Below, piece after piece: positions 38,921 to 49,700 of a DNA stretch of 64,000 nucleotides. Positions within the stretch are counted from its first letter, which is position 1, and each line of letters opens with the position of its first letter. Source of the DNA: Candidatus Poribacteria bacterium (GTDB lineage Bacteria > Poribacteria > WGA-4E > WGA-3G); NCBI GenBank assembly GCA_965215265.1, contig OZ244048.1:1536001-1600000 (forward strand), written 5' to 3'. The position numbers and the translations under genes were made by a program. The notes beneath the pieces were generated by a model. The model did no database searches and was not told the origin of the DNA. It was given only the letters and a program-made list of their open reading frames with translations.

Positions 38921-40813
38921 ATGGGTACCACTTATCTAAAGCAAAGCGGCTTCCTGGAGGCCCTCACGGAGCGCATTCTTGTGTGCGATGGTGCCATCGG
39001 CACGGAACTCCGAAAACGCGTCCCGTCCTATTTACAGTGCATTGATGCGTGCAATATTCATAGCACGTACGCGCCTATCGTCAAGGAAATTCACTGCACT
39101 TATCGGGACGCGGGGGCTGATGTCATCCAGACTAATACCTATCAAGCGAATAGAGAAGCTTTAGCGGTTCATGGCTTAGCAGAACAGGTAGAACTGATAA
39201 ACCGGGCAGGTGTGCAGCTTGCGCAAGCTGTGGCTGGAGATAGATGCTATGTGGCAGGTTCTGTCGGGCAAATTCCGTTTCAAACCTTAGACGCTGCGGG
39301 TACCGACCGGAGCGTCTCCACGAAAACGGTTCGCCGGCTCTTCAAAGAGCAGATGGATGCTTTGGTTCATGAAGGGGTGCAGCTGCTAGTTTTGGAAACG
39401 TTCGTTTCTGTGAGGCAAGCCGAGATTGCGACAAAGCAGGCACTCACGTACGGTGTTCCTGTAATCGTTCTCATGAGTGGGATTTCAGGTGGCACGATGG
39501 GCAGCGGGCTGGATGTCCGTGTTTTCGCCCGGGAGTTGGAGCAGTTAGGGGCGCACGCGGTTGGGATTAACTGTAGGGGGCCGCATGACTTAGTTGAAGC
39601 GATGGAACTGCTGGCACCAGTCATTAAAGTCCCGCTCGTTGTGCAACCTAACGCTGGAAATCCGAGGATTGAACAAGGAGAAATTGCGGTTTCATACACG
39701 GTGACTGCAGAGGTTTTCAGCGATTATGTAGAAAAATTAGTTGAACTTGGTGCGAACATGATAGGCGGCTGTTGTGGTACAACACCGGATTACACAGCAA
39801 AAATCCGCTCTATTGTTGGAGAACAGAAGCCGGCGGAACGGCAGACGCGAATCTTCGTTCTACCGCGCCGTATCGCAGCCAAACCATCAAAGCGTGTTCC
39901 AAACGAAAACCCCGTCCAACAAGTATTTGAAACACGCGAACGTATTGTGAGTGTAGAGACGCGCGCAAATACGTTCCCGCAATTGCGTGCGTTATTGAAA
40001 GAAGCGAAAACCCTCGCCCAACTCGGTGTAGATTTATTTGATGTGACTGACAATTCTGGGGCTGTGGTTAACATCGGAGCAGTTGGCACAGCGTATCGCC
40101 TTCAGCAATCCACTCAGATTCCGACACTTATCCATTGGACAACGCGTTCGCGAAACCTGATTAGTATGCAATCGCATCTTTTGGAAGCAGAGACGCTCGG
40201 TATCCGCGGTATTGTCGCGCTATCCGGAGACCATCCGAAGGCAGGTCCCTATGAAGCAGCGAGCCTTGTCCCTGATGTGCGGGGAGCGGTGCAACTGATG
40301 AAACTCATCGCGCGGTTAAACCGGGGGGAGCTCGCAGACGGTTCGTCGATTGGCGAACCATGTTCGTTTTACTATGGCGGTGGGTTTACAATCGCCGAGA
40401 ATCTTAAGCCCCATGTCAAACACCTCACAAGTAAAGTAGAACAAGGTGCTAAGTTCGCTTATACGCAACCGGTCTGGACGTTTGAAGATGTTGTGCATAC
40501 ACAGAAAGCGACCGAACACCTCGGCATCAAAATCCTTTACGGTATCCTTCCCTTAACGAGTTTCCGTAGTGCGTCCTACCTACGGGACAACTTGGGCCTC
40601 TATATTCCACAGTTCATCGTTGAAAAATTCCACGACCTTGGCGATACCGCGGGGCATGAACTTGGAATGAAGTTAACCTTGGAATTGGTCAAAGAACTCC
40701 GGAATCAGGAGCAGATACCTATAGATGGTATCTACCTGATTCCGCCAGCTCGCATGAATTGGAAAAACAGGTGCCGCGCGATCTCGGAAATCGTCAAAAC
40801 GTACCGTTTTTGA
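38921..40813 (+). CDS. Bifunctional homocysteine S-methyltransferase / methylenetetrahydrofolate reductase (YitJ-like)
   Basis: DGAIGTEL, GINC, PNAG, IGGCCGTTP; MTHFR half with RNL, SGD, AYTQP. Confidence 0.88.
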   Translation: MGTTYLKQSGFLEALTERILVCDGAIGTELRKRVPSYLQCIDACNIHSTYAPIVKEIHCTYRDAGADVIQTNTYQANREALAVHGLAEQVELINRAGVQLAQAVAGDRCYVAGSVGQIPFQTLDAAGTDRSVSTKTVRRLFKEQMDALVHEGVQLLVLETFVSVRQAEIATKQALTYGVPVIVLMSGISGGTMGSGLDVRVFARELEQLGAHAVGINCRGPHDLVEAMELLAPVIKVPLVVQPNAGNPRIEQGEIAVSYTVTAEVFSDYVEKLVELGANMIGGCCGTTPDYTAKIRSIVGEQKPAERQTRIFVLPRRIAAKPSKRVPNENPVQQVFETRERIVSVETRANTFPQLRALLKEAKTLAQLGVDLFDVTDNSGAVVNIGAVGTAYRLQQSTQIPTLIHWTTRSRNLISMQSHLLEAETLGIRGIVALSGDHPKAGPYEAASLVPDVRGAVQLMKLIARLNRGELADGSSIGEPCSFYYGGGFTIAENLKPHVKHLTSKVEQGAKFAYTQPVWTFEDVVHTQKATEHLGIKILYGILPLTSFRSASYLRDNLGLYIPQFIVEKFHDLGDTAGHELGMKLTLELVKELRNQEQIPIDGIYLIPPARMNWKNRCRAISEIVKTYRF

Positions 40814-40851
40814 ATCACACATCACATCAAAGGATTTGGGCCCTAATCCAA

Positions 40852-40914
40852 AGACGAGATTTGTAAAAGAATTTATCAAAACACCAGGCTTTTATGTGCT
40901 CCTGTAGACGAAAA
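40852..40914 (+). repeat. Dispersed repeat unit, B arm
   Basis: gacgagatttgtaa...gtgctcctgtagacgaaaaa just upstream of ATG 40925. Confidence 0.8.
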
Positions 40915-40924
40915 AGGAACCTTG

Positions 40925-42844
40925 ATGCGAAACCCGCCCGAAAAAAACCGCATAACGGGCCGTTCCCTGCTTTTAGGGGTACTTCTGATACCGCTTAACG
41001 TCTATTGGATGACGCTGGTTGAAGTAAAGTACTATTCACTTGACGGTTCGTGCCTCCCGCTTTTCATCCAACCTGTTTTTATAATGTTTGTGTGCGTTGT
41101 AGCAAACTGTGTGCTGAAATATCTCGCGCCGCGACAGATGCTACAGCAAGGTGAATTGTTATGCATCTATATTATGGTTGCCATCTCTTGTACGTTTGCT
41201 GGGCACGATACGATGCAGAATATGTTCGGCAGCATCGCGCATCCGTTTCGGTTCGCGACAGAAGAAAATGAGTGGCAGGCCCTCTTTTTTCGTTATCTGC
41301 CGGCGTGGTTAACCGTAAGTGATGTACAAAGTTTACAAGGGTTTTATGAGGGAGAATCGAGTTTCTATAATCAACATAATTTTTATACTTGGATAAAGCC
41401 GCTGGCGTTCTGGGGGCTTTTTTTTCTCATCATGATGTTCATGATGCTTTGTATCAATACACTGATTCGTAAGCGGTGGACGGAGCATGAGAAACTGGCG
41501 TACCCAATTATCCAATTGCCCCTGGGACTATCTGAGGCGGGTGGCTTCCGGCTGCTGAAAAATCGGATGATGTGGTTGGGTTTTAGCATCGCCGTAGCGA
41601 TTGGTATCATAAACGGGATTCACTATCTGTTTCCGCAATTTCCGGAGATTCCGTATATTAAGCGTGCGCCGGTGTGGCATAACATTTTCACAGAGCGCCC
41701 TTGGAATGTTATCCGTTGGACCCGGATTTCAGTGTATCCATTTGCGGTCGGTTTAGCATTTTTTCTTCCGCTGGATCTGTCATTTTCGTGTTGGTTTTTC
41801 TTCGTTGTGCGTTTAGCGGAGCGTGTTCTCGGTGCAGCATTAGGGACGCGTTATTTTCCGGCACTCAATGAACAAGCGTATGGCGCGTGGATTGCACTGT
41901 TCGTGCTTGCAGTCTGGGTGACGCGCCGTCATCTGTTTGAAGTGATGAAAAAGGCATTTGGCTTCAATTCACGGCTTGACGATTCAGAGGAACCGATGCC
42001 GTATCGTGCCGCGTTGTTCGGGATAGTCGGTTCGCTAATCGGGCTTGGCGTGTTTGCCTCAATTGCGGGAATGGCACTATGGGTTGCCGGCATCTTCTTC
42101 GGGCTGTATTTCCTTCTCTCTTTCGCCATTACGCGCGTCCGTGCGGAACTTGGCACGCCGCATGAGATTTACTACGTCAATCCACACGACATCATCGCCA
42201 CTGTAGGAGGCACTCGTCAATTCGACCCGTCGAGTTTGACAATTCTATCGCTTTTCTATTGGTTCAATCGCGGTTATAGGAATCACCCGATGCCGAATCA
42301 AATTGAGGCGTTTAAACTTGCAGAATCGACAGGCATGGGCAATCGCCGTTTGTGGATAGCGATGCTGATTGCTATCATCGTCGGGATAGTAGCAACGTTT
42401 TGGGCGAATCTGGACATCACGTTCCGTAACGGTGCCGTTGCAAAGGCTGGCGGATTTAAAGGATGGGTAGGCAGAGAGTCGTTTAACAGACTTCAACGTT
42501 GGCTGCACAATCCGTCTGAACCGAACTGGACTGGCATTGGCTTCATGGGCATCGGTGCTTTGCTAACCTTTCTGATGATGTATATGCGGATGCATTTTTT
42601 GTGGTGGCCATTTCATCCGGCGGGGTATGCCCTCGCGATTAGTTTTGCGATGGATTATTTCTGGTTTGCGTTCTTGGCTGCGTGGTTTCTCAAGCTTATG
42701 ATTTTACGGCATGGTGGGCTACGGCTGCATCGTCGTGTCGCGCCGTTGTTTTTAGGCTTAATCTTGGGGGATTATGTTATCGGGAGTATCTGGGCAATTA
42801 TCGGCCCGGCGTTCGGTATGCGTACCTATAAAATTTTTATCTGA
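40925..42844 (+). CDS. Polytopic membrane protein (DUF6785/DUF6784-like putative transporter)
   Basis: Many TM helices, W..HEKLAYPI.QLP and WWPFHPAGYA motifs. Confidence 0.7.
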   Translation: MRNPPEKNRITGRSLLLGVLLIPLNVYWMTLVEVKYYSLDGSCLPLFIQPVFIMFVCVVANCVLKYLAPRQMLQQGELLCIYIMVAISCTFAGHDTMQNMFGSIAHPFRFATEENEWQALFFRYLPAWLTVSDVQSLQGFYEGESSFYNQHNFYTWIKPLAFWGLFFLIMMFMMLCINTLIRKRWTEHEKLAYPIIQLPLGLSEAGGFRLLKNRMMWLGFSIAVAIGIINGIHYLFPQFPEIPYIKRAPVWHNIFTERPWNVIRWTRISVYPFAVGLAFFLPLDLSFSCWFFFVVRLAERVLGAALGTRYFPALNEQAYGAWIALFVLAVWVTRRHLFEVMKKAFGFNSRLDDSEEPMPYRAALFGIVGSLIGLGVFASIAGMALWVAGIFFGLYFLLSFAITRVRAELGTPHEIYYVNPHDIIATVGGTRQFDPSSLTILSLFYWFNRGYRNHPMPNQIEAFKLAESTGMGNRRLWIAMLIAIIVGIVATFWANLDITFRNGAVAKAGGFKGWVGRESFNRLQRWLHNPSEPNWTGIGFMGIGALLTFLMMYMRMHFLWWPFHPAGYALAISFAMDYFWFAFLAAWFLKLMILRHGGLRLHRRVAPLFLGLILGDYVIGSIWAIIGPAFGMRTYKIFI

Positions 42845-42930
42845 GGTTCTGTGCCTGCAGCATGCGGATGACTCGGATAAGTCCGATAGGCGGACAGTGC
42901 CATCCGTCCCCTATATCTCCTATAAAAACA

Positions 42931-43543
42931 ATTTTTTGTATATCTCCGTACCATCAACGCTTATATCGTGGGTACTCGTGTGTAAATCTCGCCAGAGCCA
43001 TTCTAGATTATGATTCCTCAATCACCTTCAGACGCTTTTATGCTTCATCACGTTTTTTTGTATATCTCCGTACCATCAACGCTTATGTCGTGGGTACTCG
43101 TGTGTAAATCTCGCCAGAGCCATTCTAGGTTATGATTCCCCAATCACCTTCAGACGCTTTTATGCTTCATCACGTTTTTTTGTATATCTCCGTACCATCA
43201 ACGCTTATGTCGTGGGTACTCGTGTGTAAATCTCGCCAGAGCCATTCTAGGTTATGATTCCTCAATCACCTTCAGACGCTTTTATGCTTCATCACGTTTT
43301 TTTGTATATCTCCGTACCATCAACGCTTATGTCGTGGGTACTCGTGTGTAAATCTCGCCAGAGCCATTCTAGGTTATGATTCCTCAATCACCTTCAGACG
43401 CTTTTATGCTTCATCACGTTTTTTTGTATATCTCCGTACCATCAACGCTTATGTCGTGGGTACTCGTGTGTAAATCTCGCCAGAGCCATTCTAGATTATG
43501 ATTCCTCAATCACCTTCAGACGCTTTTATGCTTCATCACGTTT
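42931..43543 (-). repeat. Tandem array, 5 x 122 bp, each unit containing an A arm
   Basis: gtatatctcc recurs at 42938, 43060, 43182, 43304, 43426; units differ at only about 3 positions. Confidence 0.97.
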
Positions 43544-43557
43544 CCCTCCTAAAAAAG

Positions 43558-45130
43558 TTAAGCATGCCCTTCTTCACGGATAAGGCCGCCAACGAACACT
43601 CCGGAAAACAGCAGGATTGCAAGGGCGTAAGGTGCCGCTTCAGCGAACATCGCTTCTGTTGTGTAACTCCATACGTTGAGCGCCAACGTCTCATAACCGG
43701 CAGGCGATAAGAGAAATGTGAGCGGTAACTCCTTCATCGTCGCCAGGAAAACGAGAACGGCAGCAGCACGCATGCCTCGGATAAGAATAGGGATAACAGC
43801 CCGGAAAAACGCCTGTACTGGTGAATCTCCGAGCGAACGTGCGGCTTCCTCTAAGTGGGGTGAAACTTGGTACAGTGCACTGCGTACGGGTCCGATGGCT
43901 TCCGCCAAGAAGTGTAGCGCACATGCGTAGATGAGGACGAACACCGTTTTATAAATAAAAGAGACAGTATTTAAAACAAAAAAGATCAGCGAAAGTGCGA
44001 ACGCAAGCGGGGGCACGGCATAAATGATATAAGCAACCCGCGCTAACCCGTTTGAGAAACGTGACGGATAACGTACATCGACGTAAGCAAACGGCACCGC
44101 TAAAACGGCACAGATAACTGCTGTAGGGATTGCGATTGACAGGGAGCCGATAAAACCGTCTAACATCGCTAAGAAGGGGTTTCCGGAACTGACGGTACCT
44201 CTGAATAGCCACAGGATAACTGCACCCGCTGGCACAACGACCGTTGCAAAGATAAGCAAGGCGAGATAAAAATATGCAGGAACACGCAAGCCTTTGAGCG
44301 AAACCAATGATACTGGACGGGACAATCCACGTCCCACTCGGTGCAAGGCAACCCGCCTGAGCAACTTTGCCTCAATGTAAAGCAGACAGCTTGTAAACGC
44401 GAGCAGCATCAACGCAAGCCATGCCGCCGAAACATGCTCAAAAGAAAGCATATATTCTGCATAGAGGGCGTAACTAAAGGTTTCATATCGCATTAACGAC
44501 ACAACCCCAAAGTCGCCTAAGACATGTAAACTGATGAGCAGCCCACTGGCGTAGAACGCAGGCTTAAGTTGTGGGAGAATAACGTGGTAGAAAACCTCAC
44601 GGGAACTATAGCCGAGGCTTCGGGCGGATTCCTCAAGGGGCGCATCGAGCCCTAACAGCGCTGCACGTAGATTTAAAAAAAGATAGGGAAATGTGTAAGC
44701 GCCGAGCGCGAGGAGCGCTCCCCAATACCCACTTAGGCGAGGAATGCTCCTGCCGAAAAACGCGGCAACAATGCCGTTGTTACCGCCAAGTGCCAATAGC
44801 GCATACGCCATAACGTAACCGGGAATCGCAAGCGGCAAAACGCATAGCACCGTAAAAAAACGTTTGTTCCTCAGGTTTGTTCGGCACGTCAACCATGCCG
44901 CCGGCATTGCGAAAAGAAAATCGAGAATGAGTACGCCGATGCCCAGCAGCAACGTGTTAAGCAGAAGCTTGAAGTTCCGCCCCCGAAATACAATCTCAGA
45001 AAGCATCTTACCCTCAACTGAAAATGCTTTCCAGAATAGGTAGCCTAATGGAATCAGGCCCCCGAGTGCTACGGCGATTGCGATGTAAAAGAAATACGCA
45101 TGTCCTCCGTCAGGAATAATGCGGTGTTTG
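43558..45130 (-). CDS. Fe3+ ABC transporter permease (FbpB/SfuB-like); native start displaced by repeat cluster
   Basis: Two EAA loops (LEESARSLG, LEEAARSLG); frame extends upstream of ATG 45006 through an extra TM helix to the repeat at 45131. Confidence 0.85.
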
Positions 45131-45362
45131 TTTTGTATATCTCCGTACCATCATCACTTATGTCGCGATGTCCTATGTGTAAATCTCGTTTTTTTGTATA
45201 TTTCAGCCCCATCAAGGGTTATGTCTTGTTAAATCCGATGTACATCTCGTCGGAGACACCTTCGGTATAGTCTTTAAAATCATAACATCAAACGGCTCAG
45301 ACGAGATTTTCACAGGTTTTTATATAGCAGCCGCCTTGTTACGGGCTCCTGTATACAAAAAA
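45131..45362. repeat. A arm plus complete inverted A/B pair
   Basis: 45131-45188 A arm (minus); 45189-45362 tttttgtata...aaatc center...tatacaaaaa. Confidence 0.9.
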
Positions 45363-45498
45363 CCTTTATTGGTTATGATACAAAACATCAATCTGCCTCT
45401 TCAATCACCCTCCTCCCTCAACGCCCAGATTTCAAGGTGCGCGGCTTGCAACTCAGTCTATCAACCGGATTCCGGAACATTGATTTGGCATACCGTGC

Positions 45499-46491
45499 TC
45501 ATAAAACTTCAACGTGCTTTAACAACCGGGTCGTTCCCTCGAGATCGTCCATCTCATTGAGATTGAAACTGGGTACCAACTCAAGCAGCTCAGATAACGG
45601 CAACAGATTCTCATTGGGAGTGACACCCTCGATGACAGGATATTCAAAAACCTCATTCACAAAGTAATCTTGCGCTTTCGTGGCTAGCAAGAATTCAATG
45701 AATTTCACTGCAGTGTCCGGATTCTTGGCATTTTTCAACAAGCCGATGCCAGCAACATTCACCAGATTCCCCGGGTCTCTCTTCTCAAAAAAAGTCTGTG
45801 CCACAGGAAAATTTGCATCCCTGTTTTTGAAACGGAGAAGGTAGTAGTGGTTCGGTAACCCGAGGTCAATCTCACCTGCAGCGAGTGCCTCAATGATCGG
45901 TGTATTCTTAGCGTAGACTTTAGCGCCATTGGCTTTCATACCCTGTAGCCATTCTTCCGTCTGCTCTTCACCGACCTGCATCCGCATCGCCGTGACAAAC
46001 GCTTGAAAGGAAGCGTTGCTCGGTGCCCAGCCAACTCTGTCTTTCCACACCGGCTGCGTTAAGTCAAAGATACTTTTCGGGAGTTGTTCCATAGTCACCC
46101 GTTCAGGACTATAGGCAAGCACGCGCGCCCTGCCGCTTGTAGCAACCCACAATCCATCTGCGTCTCGAAAATTGGCTGGAACCTTGGCTTGAATTGTCGC
46201 TGGTAACTCTTTAAACAGCCCTTTTTTGCTGACAGCCCCCAAAGCCCCGGCATCCTGCGCCCAAAAAAGCGCAGCAGGGCTCTTTTTCCCTTCCGTCATG
46301 AGTGCTGCAGCCAACGGCGTGGTACCGCCATAGTTAACCTTGACCTGAATGCCTGTCTGTTCTTGAAACTGTTGAATAATGGGTTCAACAAGACTTTTGC
46401 TCCGTCCGGAATAGATAATCAACTCATCTGCTGCTGCGAACGCAACGCTGAAGATGGATAAGAGTAATATAGATAAAACACGGTTAAACAT
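45499..46491 (-). CDS. Fe3+ ABC transporter substrate-binding protein (FbpA/SfuA-like)
   Basis: IYSGR, SGRARV, NHYY iron-ligand motif, FEYP; AAGGAG before ATG 46491. Confidence 0.9.
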   Translation of the reverse strand: MFNRVLSILLLSIFSVAFAAADELIIYSGRSKSLVEPIIQQFQEQTGIQVKVNYGGTTPLAAALMTEGKKSPAALFWAQDAGALGAVSKKGLFKELPATIQAKVPANFRDADGLWVATSGRARVLAYSPERVTMEQLPKSIFDLTQPVWKDRVGWAPSNASFQAFVTAMRMQVGEEQTEEWLQGMKANGAKVYAKNTPIIEALAAGEIDLGLPNHYYLLRFKNRDANFPVAQTFFEKRDPGNLVNVAGIGLLKNAKNPDTAVKFIEFLLATKAQDYFVNEVFEYPVIEGVTPNENLLPLSELLELVPSFNLNEMDDLEGTTRLLKHVEVL

Positions 46492-46595
46492 AGTTATCTC
46501 CTTTAGCAACTAAAAAGATTGTTATGAACATTTGCCAGATGAAAGTAGGCATAACACCAAAGATTTTGACACATCAACGAGAAGAAAGTTCAGAA

Positions 46596-47642
46596 TTACT
46601 GTTTTGGTACGACCCGCCAGCGCGTTACCATCCCTGCCGTAATATGATCTGCGACATGGCAATGATACATCCAGTTTCCAGGTGTTTTCGCTGTCATATC
46701 TACAGAGATCATAGTTCCAGGAAGGAGTTCAACAACATCGGTGCGTCTACCAGCATTCAGCACTGTTTGCCCATGCCAATGCACCGTGTGCATATCAACT
46801 TCGGTCCCCAAGCCGACGAGGTACCAGCGCACTCTGTCGCCCTCAGTCACTTCCAACCCCAGCAGATTACCAAAGATAAACCCGTTAATCGTATGCTTGA
46901 GATTCCCTTCTTCTGCCTCTTCAAGGGAATCATAGTCAGTCTGCTGTCCGCTTTTGATAATTTCTCTTCCATTTTCATCGAAGATGAGGAAGAGTGTGGT
47001 GAACGTTTTGTCAATATCCTTTGGGCGTGCATCTGCCTCTGAACGTTCCATTCCTTTTTTGGTGACGACGATGGTGCCGATTAACCCGTCATACACCTCT
47101 GTAACAGCATCCACATGTGAATGATAAAGCCAGACGATAGACGATGGGTCACTAGGCCCTGGGGCAGCGTCGCTGTTTACCTCCCAGTGATAGGTAAACG
47201 TACTACCGGGACCCACGGCGGCACCGGGTCCCTTCATATCCGCCCCTTCATTCTGCTCGTCGTATTGCAGTCCGTGTACGTGGATGCTCAACGGTTTATC
47301 AGCAAGGTTACGGAAATGCACCGTCAGGCTATCGCCTTCGACAGCGTGCAGCTGCGGTCCGAGAATCCCCATCCACTCAGGCTGCTCAACCCGTGTCGTG
47401 TAAGTACCATCAGTGTATTGAATGTACCGGTACTTCTGATACACAAGCGCCTTGCCCCAAACTCCGAGTCCTGTTTTGGGATGCATAAGGTTTTGTCCAC
47501 TCGGTGCGTAATTCCATTCAACTTTCTCCGCTGCGAGCCAATACTCCCGTGTCGCTGCACCTGCAATCCCAATATACAGAGATAATAGCACACCTATGCC
47601 CACGAAAAAGACAAACTTCAATTTTATGATAGTGAGACTCAT
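46596..47642 (-). CDS. Two-domain multicopper oxidase, ceruloplasmin-like sequence
   Basis: SIHVHG, WLYHSH, HTVHWHG, WMYHCHVADHITAGM. Confidence 0.9.
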   Translation of the reverse strand: MSLTIIKLKFVFFVGIGVLLSLYIGIAGAATREYWLAAEKVEWNYAPSGQNLMHPKTGLGVWGKALVYQKYRYIQYTDGTYTTRVEQPEWMGILGPQLHAVEGDSLTVHFRNLADKPLSIHVHGLQYDEQNEGADMKGPGAAVGPGSTFTYHWEVNSDAAPGPSDPSSIVWLYHSHVDAVTEVYDGLIGTIVVTKKGMERSEADARPKDIDKTFTTLFLIFDENGREIIKSGQQTDYDSLEEAEEGNLKHTINGFIFGNLLGLEVTEGDRVRWYLVGLGTEVDMHTVHWHGQTVLNAGRRTDVVELLPGTMISVDMTAKTPGNWMYHCHVADHITAGMVTRWRVVPKQ

Positions 47643-47704
47643 TTTCAAAATAAATACGTCGACTCCATAAGAACCTATATTCGGTTAGATTTACTATGTA
47701 TTGT

Positions 47705-47733
47705 ATTATACCACAAAAATACCCCAATGTCAA
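47705..47733 (-). promoter_or_regulatory. Consensus sigma70 promoter for the oxidase/iron uptake genes
   Basis: TTGACA-17 nt-TATAAT on minus strand; a divergent TTGACA at 47740. Confidence 0.8.
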
Positions 47734-47949
47734 AAAAAATTGACAAATGTCATTAATTCATGATAGCATGAAAAAAATGATGACTCAGGACAATTCCATG
47801 AAAAATTCAATCATACCTTGCTGTCTATTCTTGATGCTGCCGTTTTTAGACAGAATCAGTATGAACAGATATGCAGCCGATGTTACCACTAAACCATTGG
47901 CTAGCAGCACTCAATTTAGGGAAGTTGAGGAAGCCGCGAAGGCTTTTTC

Positions 47950-48876
47950 ATGTTTCATAAAAGGATTTCAATGAATTTGAGGCTTTTCTTGTCTGCTAAA
48001 AACGTATCAATGGTATTGGCGTGTCTACTCACCGTTTTGGGTTGCGGTGGCACGAAAAGGGCTGCCCCGACCGCCGCGCCGCCTGCTGGCATGGCGCTTA
48101 TCCCTGCTGGCGATTTCCGGATGGGTAGCGACGATACAGATTCTCGGACGAATGAGCAGCCGGTGCACCGTGTGTATGTGGATGCGTTCTATATGGACAC
48201 GCACGAGGTGACAAATTCGGACTACAAGCGTTTTCTGCTTGCAAATCCGCAGTGGCAGAAGGGACGTATTTCTCGTGCACTCCACAATGGTGAGTACCTA
48301 AAAGACTGGAATGGGAATAACTATCCTGCGAGTAAAGGAGAGCATCCGGTGAAGCATGTGAGTTGGTATGCGGCGATGGCTTATGCACGGTGGGCAGGGA
48401 AACGTCTGCCGACGGAGGCGGAGTGGGAGAAAGCGGCACGCGGCGGTAAAAAAGGGCTAAAATACCCGTGGGGTAACACGATAACGCCGAGTGATGCGAA
48501 CTATGGTTGGAATGTCGGAGATACTTGTGCTGTAGGGAGTTATACGCCTAACAGGTACGGGCTGTATGACATGGCGGGTAACGTTCACGAGTGGTGTCTT
48601 GATGCATATAATGTGGATTTCTATTCTTCGTCTGCGCGGCGTAATCCGTTAAGTGACGTGGGTACGATAGCCAATCTGGGTGCGATTATAGATGCTTTCA
48701 CAAAAGTTAAGTCGGTTCGCGTGTTGCGAGGCGGTAGCTGGTACGATAATGCCCGACCTGTTCGCGTCGCCTATCGTGGCGGGGCAACGCCGACGGATTC
48801 GTTCATCAACCTCGGTTTTCGTTGCGTGAGGTCTGTTCGACAGTCAGAAGCAGGATTTGCAAGATTGGAGGACTGA
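47950..48876 (+). CDS. FGE-sulfatase domain lipoprotein, paralog of the 26297 domains
   Basis: Lipobox-like VLGC, RLPTEAEWEKAARGG, RGGSW...LGFRC; exact start uncertain. Confidence 0.88.
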   Translation: MFHKRISMNLRLFLSAKNVSMVLACLLTVLGCGGTKRAAPTAAPPAGMALIPAGDFRMGSDDTDSRTNEQPVHRVYVDAFYMDTHEVTNSDYKRFLLANPQWQKGRISRALHNGEYLKDWNGNNYPASKGEHPVKHVSWYAAMAYARWAGKRLPTEAEWEKAARGGKKGLKYPWGNTITPSDANYGWNVGDTCAVGSYTPNRYGLYDMAGNVHEWCLDAYNVDFYSSSARRNPLSDVGTIANLGAIIDAFTKVKSVRVLRGGSWYDNARPVRVAYRGGATPTDSFINLGFRCVRSVRQSEAGFARLED

Positions 48877-49070
48877 CAGGATAAGAGGGGCCTCGTGCAG
48901 ACAGCAGGCTCTTGAATAGCACGCAGCAATCCGTCTAAAAAGGTACAGCGGTGGTGTCTGTCTGTTGCAGTTGAAAAAACGTGCGTTGATCGGATATCGC
49001 TTAGAGGTGATTTATCCAAAATCACAATTCGTATCTCTTGGTACCATCATCGCGTTTGTTTTGATGGCTC

Positions 49071-49700
49071 GTGTGTTGGCAGGATAGGTATTCTTTAATG
49101 TCAAATACAGTTAATCTAAAAATATTTCAAAAAACGTTCGATTCTTATTTTTGGAAATGGTACGGAGTTGTGAGCATCCTTTATGTTTCTATTTTCTGCA
49201 CCTACACTGCCGTGGCATTCGGTATCCTCACAAGTGAGTCTGAGTTACCTCCGTTTCTCTACCGACTCATTGCCCCGCTTGAATATTCAGAGTGGATGGG
49301 TGGCATTCCAATTGGCGGAAAGCAAATCGGTTTTCTAACATTTGGTGCTATGTCAGTTGGGGCTGTGTCTATCGGTGCCTTTTCTGTTGGGATTGTTTCT
49401 GTTGGTGCTTTTTCAATAGGAGTTTTTGCGTTTGGTGGTAACTCTTTGGGTATCATCGCCATCGGAGGAGGGACAAGTTTTGGGTGCTTTGCCGGAGCGG
49501 CAAAGACAAGCGGGAGATTTGACATCGGTAAGGCGTTAGGTGTGTTCGCGGTTGCTCCTGAAACTTATGGTGTCTATACGTTATCTTACAATGGCGGCGG
49601 CACCTACAGTTTATCACCATCTCGTGCGGACGCGGAAGCGGTTGCATTTTTTTGCCGGTGGTTACCAAAATTCAAGAAAACTTTTCACAGTCCGGCTTAA
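49071..49700 (+). CDS. Membrane protein with Gly-rich pentapeptide-like repeats
   Basis: GAMSV-GAVSI-GAFSV-GIVSV-GAFSI; start uncertain (ATG 49098 likely); degenerate A-arm fragment at 49028-49076. Confidence 0.6.
   Translation: MCWQDRYSLMSNTVNLKIFQKTFDSYFWKWYGVVSILYVSIFCTYTAVAFGILTSESELPPFLYRLIAPLEYSEWMGGIPIGGKQIGFLTFGAMSVGAVSIGAFSVGIVSVGAFSIGVFAFGGNSLGIIAIGGGTSFGCFAGAAKTSGRFDIGKALGVFAVAPETYGVYTLSYNGGGTYSLSPSRADAEAVAFFCRWLPKFKKTFHSPA

Noticed and set aside
42774-43107. Small ORFs containing CISPYHQRL / VYLRTINAY (also 53863, 50161, 12879, 8641)
   Set aside because: Translations of the repeat in various frames, not a protein family
42931-43543. CRISPR array
   Set aside because: Whole 122-bp units are near-identical; no unique spacers and no cas genes
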